From contig CBDFLJ010000002.1 of NCBI GenBank assembly GCA_965248835.1, positions 1,632,001 to 1,696,000 on the forward strand: DNA of 64,000 nucleotides, in the 5' to 3' direction. The translations under genes and the position numbers were made by a program. The notes under the pieces were generated by a model. It searched no databases and was not told the origin of the DNA. It saw only the letters and a list, made by a program, of their open reading frames with translations. The stretch comes from Alphaproteobacteria bacterium. GTDB lineage: Bacteria; Pseudomonadota; Alphaproteobacteria; MPNO01. Below, in pieces: positions 47,190 through 56,353 of the stretch. The number at the start of each line of letters is the position of its first letter. Positions within the stretch are counted from its first letter, which is position 1.

Positions 47190-48257
47190 TTACGACTTCG
47201 GGCGGTGCCTCTCGGACACCTTCTTGAAGAGCGCATAGATCTCTCGCACCTGCGGGTTCTTGTGCTTGGCCAGGAACCTGTCGCCGAGCGGGCGCAGCTT
47301 GTCGAGATAGCGCTTTTGGTCGGAGGGCGAGAACGTGATGATCTCGACCCCGGCATCGCGCCACGCCTGCTTGGTCGACTCGACCAGGCTGGCCGCCTCG
47401 GCTGATGCCGAGTTCTCGAGCTCGCGCGGCACCGACATGACCATTTTGCGCAAATCGGCCGGAAGCTTGTTCGCCCAGGCCTTGCTTATCCAGGTCGCGG
47501 TCGGGATATAGCCGCCGCCCAGCACGGTCGCGAACTTGGTGACCGTCTGGAACTTCAGGCCGTTCATCGCCACGATGCTGGACCGGCAGGCATCGACCAC
47601 GCCGCGCTGCAGCGCGGGCACCACCTCGGTGAACGGGATCGGCACGCCGGTGCCACCGAACGCCGCCGGTACGGCGCGCTCCATCGGGGTCGCGAGCACA
47701 CGGATTTTCATGCCCGAGATGTCCTCGGGCTTGCGGATCGGCTTGACGCTCGCGATCGAGGTGCCCTCGTAGATGATCAGCCCGGCGCCGAGCACGCCTT
47801 TGTGCTCCGCCAAGCCGAGGAACTTGTCGTGAAACTCCGGATCGGTCAGCGTCTTGTGGCCGTGCTCGTGGCTGAGGATAGCGCCCGGCGCGTCGGGGAC
47901 CATGAAGGCCTGGTTGACGCCGACGAAAAAGCCGGGTGGGGTCAGGAACATTTCCTGCGTGCCGAGCTGGATGCCCTCGACCTGGCGCGGGATCTTACCG
48001 AGCTGGCTCGCCGGGAAAACCATATAGGTCAGCCGGCCGCCGCTGCGCTTTTCGAGCTCCTTGCCGATGTTTTCGCCCCACCTCTGCTGCGGGTCGTTGA
48101 GCGTCGCCATGCCGATCTTGATGTGCCACTTCTTCTGGGCATGCGCAGTTCCGGTCTGCAACGCGAGCGCCGCAACCGCGCCTCCGGCGAGCAAGGCAAC
48201 CGCCAAGGCGCCCTTGCCGGCGAACTTTCTGCGGATAGACATCCAATCGTCTCCCAT
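47190..48257 (-). CDS. TRAP substrate-binding protein (DctP)
   Basis: Signal peptide ending AHA, FPASQLG, KPIRKPED..GMKIRV and PIPFTEV..ALQRGVVD motifs. Confidence 0.92.
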   Translation of the reverse strand: MGDDWMSIRRKFAGKGALAVALLAGGAVAALALQTGTAHAQKKWHIKIGMATLNDPQQRWGENIGKELEKRSGGRLTYMVFPASQLGKIPRQVEGIQLGTQEMFLTPPGFFVGVNQAFMVPDAPGAILSHEHGHKTLTDPEFHDKFLGLAEHKGVLGAGLIIYEGTSIASVKPIRKPEDISGMKIRVLATPMERAVPAAFGGTGVPIPFTEVVPALQRGVVDACRSSIVAMNGLKFQTVTKFATVLGGGYIPTATWISKAWANKLPADLRKMVMSVPRELENSASAEAASLVESTKQAWRDAGVEIITFSPSDQKRYLDKLRPLGDRFLAKHKNPQVREIYALFKKVSERHRPKS

Positions 48258-48446
48258 TCGTTAGTACCACGTTGTCTGGCGCATCAATCGCGCCACCCGG
48301 ATTGCTTCTGTTGGTGGCGATCATCATGGCGGCGAGGACCGGCCATGACATCACCCTAATGAGCAGGTTCGTCCAGTGGCGTCATTGTGACGACTATTTC
48401 CATCATCGGCTAGCGCAAATCGAACGGCTGGAAAACGAAAAGCGAA

Positions 48447-48474
48447 GCGGCCGGAGCGATCCGGCCGCATTTTT
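48447..48474 (+). terminator. Terminator-like hairpin in the divergent dctP-dctP intergenic region
   Basis: GCGGCCGGA-GCGA-TCCGGCCGC followed by ATTTTT. Confidence 0.45.
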
Positions 48475-48590
48475 GCGCCCCGGTCGGCGCGCGACATTCA
48501 CTTGCTTGACCCTCCTGTGGTGCACCGTGTTAACGTGAGCGTGAACGCTGGCGGCGTTGCGACGAAATCAAAGGGAAATGGGAGGATTTG

Positions 48591-49697
48591 ATGAAACAGG
48601 GCAGGCAAAAATCAACGCGCATGCGCATGACGATGGGCGCCATCGTCGCGGCTGTGCCGGCGATCGCTCTCGCGGCGGCACCTGCCGGCGCGGCCGAAAA
48701 AGTCCGCCTGACGATCATTTCGGGGAACACCCACCACTACGCGCCGGTCGGCGCGGCGATCAAGGCGTTCATCCCCAAGGTCGACGAGATCCTCGCGCGC
48801 ACCGGCAAGTACAAGGTGTCGTGGATCCAGGGCTTCGGCGGCCAGATCGTCAAAGTGCGCGGCGAGCTGGACGGCGTTCAGGCCGGTCTCGGCGACCTCG
48901 GCGTCGTGCCCGGACCCTTCCATCCCTCGAAAATGTCGCTCTACCAGGTCGGCTACGTCACCCCGTTCACCTCGCTCGATGTGCAGACGACCACCGACGG
49001 CATGCACCATCTGTTCGAGACGTTTCCCGAGATGGGCAAGCAGATGCATCGGTTCAACCAGACCGTCATCTCGATTACCGGGACGGCGGAAAACTACGCG
49101 CTCTGGACCAAGAAGCAGGTCACGAAATTCGACGATCTCAAGGGTATGAAGGTCGGCGCGGTCGGCTCCAACTTCCCCTGGGTGAGTGCCGCGGGCGCGA
49201 CCCCGGTCACCATCAAGGGTCTGTCGACGATGTACAACTCGCTGAAGGCGGGCGTGTATGAGGGCGCCGCGCTGTGGCAGCAGGCCATGGCGGCATTCAA
49301 GTTCTGCGAGCTCACGCCCTATCATCTCGACACGAGCTTCGGTGCGATCGCCAACGCCGTGCTGACCTACAACCATGATTCCTGGGCCAAGATGCCGCGT
49401 GAGGTCCAAGGCGCGATCATGGAAGCGGCCAAGACATGGACCGATGGCGCGAACAAGGCGATCCTCGGCGGCGCGAAATGGGGCCTCGGCGTTTGCGAGA
49501 AGAAATACCGCCAGCAGACTCATGTGCTGACCGGAGAAGAAAAAAAGAGATGGGCGTTCGCACTGCCCAACATCGCGCAGCAATGGGCCAAGAGGCAAGA
49601 CAAGGCAAGCCTGCCGGGCACCAAGATGCTGGCGGCCTGGATGGACTACATGCGCGACAAGAACCAGCTCGTGCTGCGTAACTGGGACCGCGAGTAA
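48591..49697 (+). CDS. TRAP substrate-binding protein (DctP)
   Basis: Signal peptide (AGAAE), GGQIVK, DDLKGMKVG and YNSLKAGVYEG motifs. GGAGG RBS. Confidence 0.9.
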   Translation: MKQGRQKSTRMRMTMGAIVAAVPAIALAAAPAGAAEKVRLTIISGNTHHYAPVGAAIKAFIPKVDEILARTGKYKVSWIQGFGGQIVKVRGELDGVQAGLGDLGVVPGPFHPSKMSLYQVGYVTPFTSLDVQTTTDGMHHLFETFPEMGKQMHRFNQTVISITGTAENYALWTKKQVTKFDDLKGMKVGAVGSNFPWVSAAGATPVTIKGLSTMYNSLKAGVYEGAALWQQAMAAFKFCELTPYHLDTSFGAIANAVLTYNHDSWAKMPREVQGAIMEAAKTWTDGANKAILGGAKWGLGVCEKKYRQQTHVLTGEEKKRWAFALPNIAQQWAKRQDKASLPGTKMLAAWMDYMRDKNQLVLRNWDRE

Positions 49698-49716
49698 CCG
49701 CGGCAAAAGGCTGGGC

Positions 49717-49744
49717 ACGGGGCCACGGATCCGTGGCCCCGTTT
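49717..49744 (+). terminator. Palindromic hairpin between dctP and dctQ
   Basis: Perfect 26-nt palindrome ACGGGGCCACGGATCCGTGGCCCCGT followed by TT. This position is typical of hairpins that raise the binding-protein:permease mRNA ratio. Confidence 0.55.
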
Positions 49745-49765
49745 CGCGGCGGAGACGGGAAGCGC

Positions 49766-50293
49766 ATGCCCACCATGAGTTCGCTGGACCGGCTGCTCAG
49801 CGCGGTCATCTTTGCCAGCAACTGTCTCGCATCGGTTTGGATCTTCATAATCACGCTGGCCATCGTCGCCGACGTGACGTTGCGCTTTGCGTTCAACGCG
49901 CCGATAAACGGCATCACCGAACTGGTGACCATGTCGGTGGTCGCCGTCCTCTACATGCAGCTCGCCTACACGCTGCGCTCGGGCTACATGACACGCTCGG
50001 ACGCCGTCATCAAGCGCTTGATCGCCGGCCGGCCGCGGGTCGGTCATGCGCTCAATGGCCTGTTCTTCTCGGCCGGCGCCGCGCTTATGGCCGCGATCAT
50101 GCTTCGTGCCTGGCCCAAATGGGTCACCGCCTATGACGCCGATTTCTACGTCGGCGTGGTCGGGGTGTTCACGTTCCCGGAATGGCCTCGGCTGCTGATC
50201 GTCTTCATCGGCTGCGGCCTGACGGGGCTGCAGTTTCTGCTGCTCGCCGCGACGTCGGCGGTTTCGATTCGGCGGCCGAGGGTATCGCAATGA
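49766..50293 (+). CDS. TRAP small permease (DctQ)
   Basis: ADVTLRFAFNAPI.G.TE and P.WP motifs, 4 hydrophobic helices. Confidence 0.9.
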   Translation: MPTMSSLDRLLSAVIFASNCLASVWIFIITLAIVADVTLRFAFNAPINGITELVTMSVVAVLYMQLAYTLRSGYMTRSDAVIKRLIAGRPRVGHALNGLFFSAGAALMAAIMLRAWPKWVTAYDADFYVGVVGVFTFPEWPRLLIVFIGCGLTGLQFLLLAATSAVSIRRPRVSQ

Positions 50294-50318
50294 CCGCTTC
50301 TGAGGTGGATCGGGCCTG

Positions 50319-51659
50319 ATGGAAGCCTTTCAGATCGCGGTCATCTCGGTGCTTGCGATGCTGGTGCTGATCTATTTCGGCCTGCATATCGCGGTGACGC
50401 TGGCGCTGCTGTCGTTCGTCGGCGCCTGGGTCATCACCGAGAACATCAACATTGCGCTCAACCTGCTGTTCCAGGCTGCGGAAAAGACCGTCTACAACTT
50501 TGTCTTCGCCGTCATTCCGCTGTTCGTGCTGATGGGGTTCCTGGTCGCGGCCGCCGGCATGGGGCGCGATGCCTACGACATCGGCCAGGTCATGCTGCAC
50601 CGCGTCCGCGGCGGTCTGGGCATGGCGACCGTGGTCGCCAACGCTATCTTCGCGGCCATCACCGGCGCCTCGGTCGCGTCCGCCTCGGTGTTCTCCAAGG
50701 TGGCCGTGCCGGAGATGATGCGTCACGGCTATCAGGGCCGCTTCGCCGTCGGCACCGTCGCCGGATCCTCGGTACTGGGGATGCTGATACCGCCGAGCGT
50801 CCTTTTGATCATCTATGCCCTGATCGTCGAGGAATCGGTCGGCGACCTGTTCATTGCCGGCATCGGTCCGGGCTTGTTGCTCACCCTCGCGTTCTGCGGG
50901 CTCATCCTGATCATGGCCACGCTGTTCCCGCGGAGCGTGATGGCGGCACCGACGGCGGACCAGGACGGCGGGCACGCCGATGAGGATGCGGAGGTCGGCG
51001 AGGTCAGCATCCTGCGCAAGGGATTCCCCATCGCGCTGCTGGTGGTGCTGGTCCTCGGCGGTATCTATGGCGGGGTGTTCACGCCGGTCGAGGCGGGCGC
51101 CGCCGGCGCGTTCCTCGCGCTGATCTTCGCACTCGTGCGCCGTTCGCTGACCTGGCGCAGCTTCTGGGAGGTCCTGCTGGAGACCGGCAACGTCTCCGCG
51201 ACGCTGCTGTTCCTGATCTGCGCCGCCAGCATGTACAGCCGGATGCTGGGGCTGTCGGGCCTGCCCGGCGAGATGGCGGAGATCTTCGACAGTCTGGGCG
51301 CCGGCTTCTACGGCATGCTCGCCTTCTACGTGGTCGTGGTCATCATCCTCGGGACGATCATCGACTCGGTCTCGATCATGCTGATCATGGTGCCGCTGTT
51401 CCTCGCCGCGCTCAAATTCTTCGAGATCGATCTGGTCTGGTTCGGCATCGTCACGGTGATCGCTACGGAGATCGGGTTGTTGACGCCGCCCCTGGGCATC
51501 GCGGTCTATGTCGTCCACGCGACGCTCGCCCGGCCCGACATCTCGCTCAAGGACGTGTTCGTCGGCTCAGCGCCGTTCGCGCTGGCGATGCTGCTGGTCC
51601 TGACCATCGTCATCGCCTACCCGCCGATCGCAACCTTCCTGGTCTCGCTCAAGCTCTGA
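50319..51659 (+). CDS. TRAP large permease (DctM)
   Basis: VIPLFVLMG, FAAITGAS, GMLIPPS, GVFTPVEAG and GLLTPPLG motifs. Confidence 0.95.
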   Translation: MEAFQIAVISVLAMLVLIYFGLHIAVTLALLSFVGAWVITENINIALNLLFQAAEKTVYNFVFAVIPLFVLMGFLVAAAGMGRDAYDIGQVMLHRVRGGLGMATVVANAIFAAITGASVASASVFSKVAVPEMMRHGYQGRFAVGTVAGSSVLGMLIPPSVLLIIYALIVEESVGDLFIAGIGPGLLLTLAFCGLILIMATLFPRSVMAAPTADQDGGHADEDAEVGEVSILRKGFPIALLVVLVLGGIYGGVFTPVEAGAAGAFLALIFALVRRSLTWRSFWEVLLETGNVSATLLFLICAASMYSRMLGLSGLPGEMAEIFDSLGAGFYGMLAFYVVVVIILGTIIDSVSIMLIMVPLFLAALKFFEIDLVWFGIVTVIATEIGLLTPPLGIAVYVVHATLARPDISLKDVFVGSAPFALAMLLVLTIVIAYPPIATFLVSLKL

Positions 51660-51660
51660 G

Positions 51661-52410
51661 CTAGGCCACCACGCGTGCGATCATGGTTACGCCAAGTGCG
51701 AGGAGACCGATGAGGATCCATCGCTGGAACGTCTCGACCGACAGCCGACCGCGCACGGCCCGGCCGGCGGCCATCCCGGCGAACGCGCTCAGCACCGCGA
51801 TGCTCCCGGGCAGGACGACCCAGGGCGCCAACGCGTCGTTGACCCCGAGCCCGACGCCCAGTGAGACTGAGGCGACGACCGCGGTGAGCCCCAGCGCCTG
51901 GATCAGCGCGTCCTTGCCGAGCCCGAGCGACTGGAGATAGGGAGCCGACGGGATCATGAAGATCGCCGATGCCCCGTTGATCATGCCGGTCAGGAGGCCC
52001 ATCGCCGGCCCCAGCACCGGTTCGCAACGCGCCGGAACCGAGAACCGGGCGCCGGTCAGGGCGAGCGCCGCGTAAGCGATCAGCATCGCCCCCAGCACCG
52101 CGGCGCCGACGCCGGCGCCGGTGGAGGCCACCAGGCTCGCCACCGCCACGGTTCCGAAGACCACACAGGCCATCATCGGCCACAGCCGGCGCAGCAGAGC
52201 TGGCAGCGCGGCCCCGTTCAGCATCTGCCAGACGTTGGTCAGAAACGCGGGCAGGATCAGGATCGCCGCGGCCTGCTCGATCGGCAGCCACACCCCCATC
52301 AGGCCCATGCCGATGGTCGGCAGGCCGAGCCCGATCGCACCCTTGACGATGCCGGCAAGGATGAAGATCGCCGCGACCGCAGCCAGTTCGTCGATCCCCA
52401 ACCCGGTCAA
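51661..52410 (-). CDS. TauE/SafE (TSUP) family membrane exporter
   Basis: AGIVKGAIGLGLP, NVWQ and G...GMING motifs, about 8 hydrophobic helices. TTGA overlap with the upstream gene. Confidence 0.85.
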   Translation of the reverse strand: MTGLGIDELAAVAAIFILAGIVKGAIGLGLPTIGMGLMGVWLPIEQAAAILILPAFLTNVWQMLNGAALPALLRRLWPMMACVVFGTVAVASLVASTGAGVGAAVLGAMLIAYAALALTGARFSVPARCEPVLGPAMGLLTGMINGASAIFMIPSAPYLQSLGLGKDALIQALGLTAVVASVSLGVGLGVNDALAPWVVLPGSIAVLSAFAGMAAGRAVRGRLSVETFQRWILIGLLALGVTMIARVVA

Positions 52411-53708
52411 TGACCCCGGCCGCGGTAGCTGGGATGGAAATCCGGGACTTCGTCGACCCAGAACCAGTACCGGTCGGCGATGACGCCCTGCCACCAAGCG
52501 TCCATCGAGGACTGGTCCATCGACGGCCAGTCCGGGATCTCCATCACCGAGTGCCGGCCAAGCGCCTGACCCATGTCGAAGACCTCGTTTCCGAAACGGC
52601 TGCGCACGTCGTCCCAGGCGCGCAATGCAGCATCCAGCGAGGCGTGGCTCGACAGCGCATCGGCGAAGGCCAGCGCATCGTCAAGCGCCTTGCCCGCGCC
52701 GCCGCCGATATGCGGCCGCGACAGCGTGGCCGCATCGCCCATCAGACAGATCCGCCCGCCTGTGTAGCGCGGCACGCAGGCATCGAAGACCGGCTGGATG
52801 AAAGGCCGCGGCGTCGCCTCGACGACATCACCGAAATAGGGCGGGAAATAGCGCCGCGCCATCGCCCGGCAATAGGCGACCTGCTCGTCGGTCGCCGCAC
52901 CCGGGCGCAGCCCCCTTCGGACGGTGCCGTCCTTCTCGGCCCTGATGCCGGGGATGTTCTTTCCGGCGACGGTCTCGTGGAAGCCCCAGTTCACCCGCCG
53001 CCCACCCCGCGCACCGGGCTCGGGTTTAGGGACGTAGTAGACGAAGCCGTGCCCGTACCTGTAGCCGAAGAAGGTGACGGTCCGCTCGTAGCCGGCGGGA
53101 ATCGGCAGCACCTCTTCATTGATCATGCCGCGCCACAGGAAATAGGGCGAGGCGGTGATCTCGGCATCGGGATAGAGCGCCCGGCGGCCGATCGAATCAT
53201 AGCCGTCGGCGCAGATCACCAGATCGAACACATGCTCCGTCCCACCGGTCAGGCTCAAGGCGACCGTTCCGCCGGGCCGCTGATCGAGGCCGGCGACTTC
53301 GCGGCCCTGATGGTAGATCTCATCGGGCACCCGCTTGCGCAGGGCGCGGTAGAGGACGCCCCAATGGCTGGCGTGAAACGCCACCTCCTGGCTCCAGAAC
53401 ACCTCCCAGGGGGTCGCGCGCCGGGCGGGGTCGGCGTGCGGACGGGCGAAGGTGCGCTGCCACACCGGCACCTGGCCCATGTCGTCGTCGATCAGGCCGC
53501 GGTCGGCGAGCGCCCGGAGCGTCGAGATCTTCATCGCCAGACCGACGCCGCGGTCGATGAGATTTCCGGCGGAGCGCTCGAAGACGCTGACGCGCGCGCC
53601 CGCGCGCGTCAGCAGCGCCGCGATCGCGCACCCGGTCAACGAGCCGCCGACGACACCGATGTCGAGCCCCCGGGCCAGACTGCCGCCCGCTTGCATCTCA
53701 GCGCTCAT
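52407..53708 (-). CDS. FAD-dependent monooxygenase (2,6-dihydroxypyridine 3-hydroxylase-like)
   Basis: VVGGSLTG, FERS...L..RG.G, ADGYDS, WRG, NWG and GDAA...RPH.GGGAGKA motifs. Confidence 0.85.
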   Translation of the reverse strand: MSAEMQAGGSLARGLDIGVVGGSLTGCAIAALLTRAGARVSVFERSAGNLIDRGVGLAMKISTLRALADRGLIDDDMGQVPVWQRTFARPHADPARRATPWEVFWSQEVAFHASHWGVLYRALRKRVPDEIYHQGREVAGLDQRPGGTVALSLTGGTEHVFDLVICADGYDSIGRRALYPDAEITASPYFLWRGMINEEVLPIPAGYERTVTFFGYRYGHGFVYYVPKPEPGARGGRRVNWGFHETVAGKNIPGIRAEKDGTVRRGLRPGAATDEQVAYCRAMARRYFPPYFGDVVEATPRPFIQPVFDACVPRYTGGRICLMGDAATLSRPHIGGGAGKALDDALAFADALSSHASLDAALRAWDDVRSRFGNEVFDMGQALGRHSVMEIPDWPSMDQSSMDAWWQGVIADRYWFWVDEVPDFHPSYRGRGH

Positions 53709-53753
53709 AGCGGGCTATCATAGCCGTGCGCGGCAAGATGGAGAGTGCGACCG

Positions 53754-54437
53754 ATGGCGCAGGTGTTCGAGATCACCTACACCACCCGTGCGGCAGAGGA
53801 TTTTTCCGGCATCCTGGCCGAGCCGGACGGCACCGGGAAGGTGCCGGCCATTCTCTACATCACCGCGATCTGGGGCATCGACGGCAGCGCCCGGGACATC
53901 ACCAGGGCCTTTGCCGATGACGGCTATCTGGTCTCGGTGCCCGACATCTTCTGGCGCGTCCATCCGGGGCCGACCGCCGAGCGCGCGGTCGCTCACGGGC
54001 GCTACCATGCCTACGATTTCGACCAGGGCCTGCTCGACATGCAGGACCTGATCGCCGATTTGCGCTCCCACCCGCGCTGCAACGGCAAGGTGGCGATGCT
54101 GGGGATCTGCTTCGGCGGGCGCTATGCGCATCTGGGTGCGGCGCGCTGGGGCATCGATGCTGCGGCGTCCTACCACGGCACCTATATCGAGCGGCACCTG
54201 GACGACACCCGCAATATCACCTGCCCGGTGAGCCACCATTTCGGCGCAGCCGATCCGGTGACCCCGATGGCCGACCTGCGCACGATCCGGGACTCGTACG
54301 CCGCCCTGCCAAACGCCGAGATCGTCGTCCATGACGGCGCTAGGCACAACTTTGCCATGCCGCAAAAGCCCGACTACGACCCGGTCATTGCCAAGACCGC
54401 ACGCGATGCCGTGCTCGGCTGCTTCGCCGCGATGTAG
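53754..54437 (+). CDS. Dienelactone hydrolase family protein
   Basis: IWGID, PDIFWR, GICFGG nucleophile motif, YHG, G..DP and H.F motifs. Confidence 0.9.
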   Translation: MAQVFEITYTTRAAEDFSGILAEPDGTGKVPAILYITAIWGIDGSARDITRAFADDGYLVSVPDIFWRVHPGPTAERAVAHGRYHAYDFDQGLLDMQDLIADLRSHPRCNGKVAMLGICFGGRYAHLGAARWGIDAAASYHGTYIERHLDDTRNITCPVSHHFGAADPVTPMADLRTIRDSYAALPNAEIVVHDGARHNFAMPQKPDYDPVIAKTARDAVLGCFAAM

Positions 54438-54440
54438 CGC

Positions 54441-55328
54441 TCAGGCGTTCACCGGATAGACCAGGTTCTCGGGATTGCGGTCCGCTATGTGCTGGGCGAG
54501 GTCCCAGCGCTCGACCTGCTCGAAGACCTCCTCGAACAAGCCGTCCGGCAGGGGCCGGTCGACGAATTTCTCGCCCCGGCTGAACTTGGAGAAATCCCAG
54601 TTCCGGTCGGCGAATGCGGGCGGAACCGCGTGCTTCCAGACCGGAAGGTATTTGGCAAGGTCTGCCTCGATCGCCTTCTCGGCACGCACCAGCGCGGCGA
54701 TGTATCCGCGGATCGCGGGCTTGGACATGTCGTCGGGCACCCACCAGATGGTGTAGAACTCGTCCTCGATGATCGCGCGCAAGCCGAGTTGCTTGGCCAT
54801 GTCGATTTGCGGCGGCAGCAGGCTCGCCGCCTCGACCTCGCCGCTGATCAGCGTTTCCAGCCGCGCGCTGAACCCGCCGACGTTCAAGGCGTTGATCTTT
54901 TCCAGCGGCAGGTATTTCTCCAGCCGGTAAGGCACGTTGAAATGGCTGCCGGCGCGCATGCCGACCGCGATCGGCACGTCGGCGAGGTCCTCGGGGCTGC
55001 GAATCTCGGAGTCCGGGCGTACGAAGATCCCCCATGGCGAGATGCCGTAGCAGTCCGGCACCACGCGTCCCATGCCGGAGGCGGCGTTGGAGATCGTCCC
55101 CCACTGGCAGGCGCTCTGGATGACTTCGGCGCCCTCGGCATAGGGGCGGTCCTGCGGCCGGTCGAAATATTCCAGCCCCTTCCAACTCGACTGCGTGCCG
55201 CGGAAGACTTTCATGTCGAACGTGACCTCGAGGCCTTCGTCTTCGAAGAAGCCTTCCTCCATGGCAACAAAATCGTTCAGCCCCATACCCTTTGGAGCGA
55301 CCCTGATGGACATTCGCGTCTGCGGCAT
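54441..55328 (-). CDS. SsuA/THI5-like binding-protein-fold protein without a signal peptide
   Basis: VAMEEGFFEDEGLEV, DSEIRSPEDL and R...L.SGEVEAA.L motifs. No hydrophobic N-terminus. AAGGGA RBS. Confidence 0.75.
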   Translation of the reverse strand: MPQTRMSIRVAPKGMGLNDFVAMEEGFFEDEGLEVTFDMKVFRGTQSSWKGLEYFDRPQDRPYAEGAEVIQSACQWGTISNAASGMGRVVPDCYGISPWGIFVRPDSEIRSPEDLADVPIAVGMRAGSHFNVPYRLEKYLPLEKINALNVGGFSARLETLISGEVEAASLLPPQIDMAKQLGLRAIIEDEFYTIWWVPDDMSKPAIRGYIAALVRAEKAIEADLAKYLPVWKHAVPPAFADRNWDFSKFSRGEKFVDRPLPDGLFEEVFEQVERWDLAQHIADRNPENLVYPVNA

Positions 55329-55468
55329 CCTGGTTCCCTTACGATGAGAATTGCCGCCAGTATCGCGCACGGCGCCGGGCCGGCCAACCACGATTTCGCG
55401 GCCCGATTGCCCGGACCACCTCTGCCGTGGAAAGATCGGCCGATCCGCCTTCAGGGAGGGGACTGCCG

Positions 55469-56347
55469 ATGCTGCCCACCGAACGCATCACCTATTCTCC
55501 GATCGCCTTCCGCCGGCCGCTGAAGCTGCCGGGCGGCGCGCGGATGGTCGTCTGGGTCATCGTCAACATCGAGGAATGGGACGCCGAGGCGCCGATGCCG
55601 CGCACCGTGCTCACGCCGCCGGCCGGCGGATCGCCGAGTCCGGACATCCCCAACTGGGCCTGGCACGAATACGGCAACCGCGTCGGCTTCTGGCGGTTCG
55701 TCGAGGCGCTGGATGGACTTTCGATCACGCCGGCGCTGGCGATCAACGGCACCGCGGTCAGGTCCTACGAGCCGATCTCCCAGGCTGCGCTCGACCGGGG
55801 CTGGGAGTTCCTCGGCCACGGTTTCACCCAAAGGAACATGCAGAAGGTCGAGGACGAGCGGACCGACATCCGCCGGACCGGCGCGGTGATTGAGGATTTC
55901 ACCGGCAAGCGGCCGCGCGGCTGGCTCGGCCCGGGCCTGACCGAGACCTGGCAGACGCCCGATCTTCTGGTCGAGGAGGGCTACGAGTATGTCTGCGACT
56001 GGGTGCTCGACGACCAGCCGGTCCTGTTGCAGACCCGGACCAGGCCGATCGTCAACATCCCCTATACCCAGGAATGCAACGATGTCGCGATGATGCTGAT
56101 CCAGCACCACCCGGCGCGGGAGTATTTCAGCCGGGCCTCGGACCAGTTCGATCAGATCTACGCCGATTCACGCGACTCGGCCCGGGTCATGGCGCTGGTC
56201 GTCCACCCCTACATCATGGGCGTGCCGCACCGGTTCCGCTATTTCCGCGAGATCCTCGAGAAGATCTCCACCCACGACGACGTGGTGTTCTGGACCGGCG
56301 AGCAGATCCTCGACTGGTACCTGGCCGAGCGCTCCGCAGACGGGTGA
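55469..56347 (+). CDS. Polysaccharide-deacetylase family protein (PuuE/allantoinase-like)
   Basis: VNIEEW, EYGNRVGFWR, EFLGHG, PRGWLGP, DDQP and HPYIMG.PHR motifs. Confidence 0.88.
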   Translation: MLPTERITYSPIAFRRPLKLPGGARMVVWVIVNIEEWDAEAPMPRTVLTPPAGGSPSPDIPNWAWHEYGNRVGFWRFVEALDGLSITPALAINGTAVRSYEPISQAALDRGWEFLGHGFTQRNMQKVEDERTDIRRTGAVIEDFTGKRPRGWLGPGLTETWQTPDLLVEEGYEYVCDWVLDDQPVLLQTRTRPIVNIPYTQECNDVAMMLIQHHPAREYFSRASDQFDQIYADSRDSARVMALVVHPYIMGVPHRFRYFREILEKISTHDDVVFWTGEQILDWYLAERSADG

Positions 56348-56353
56348 GCCGCA

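Noticed and set aside
48272-48538. 88-aa ORF in the dctP intergenic region
   Set aside because: It has a TTG start without an RBS, no motif, and runs across a terminator-like hairpin and a promoter candidate.
55329-55468. TPP riboswitch upstream of the THI5-like gene
   Set aside because: There is no CTGAGA core on either strand and no thiamine genes nearby.
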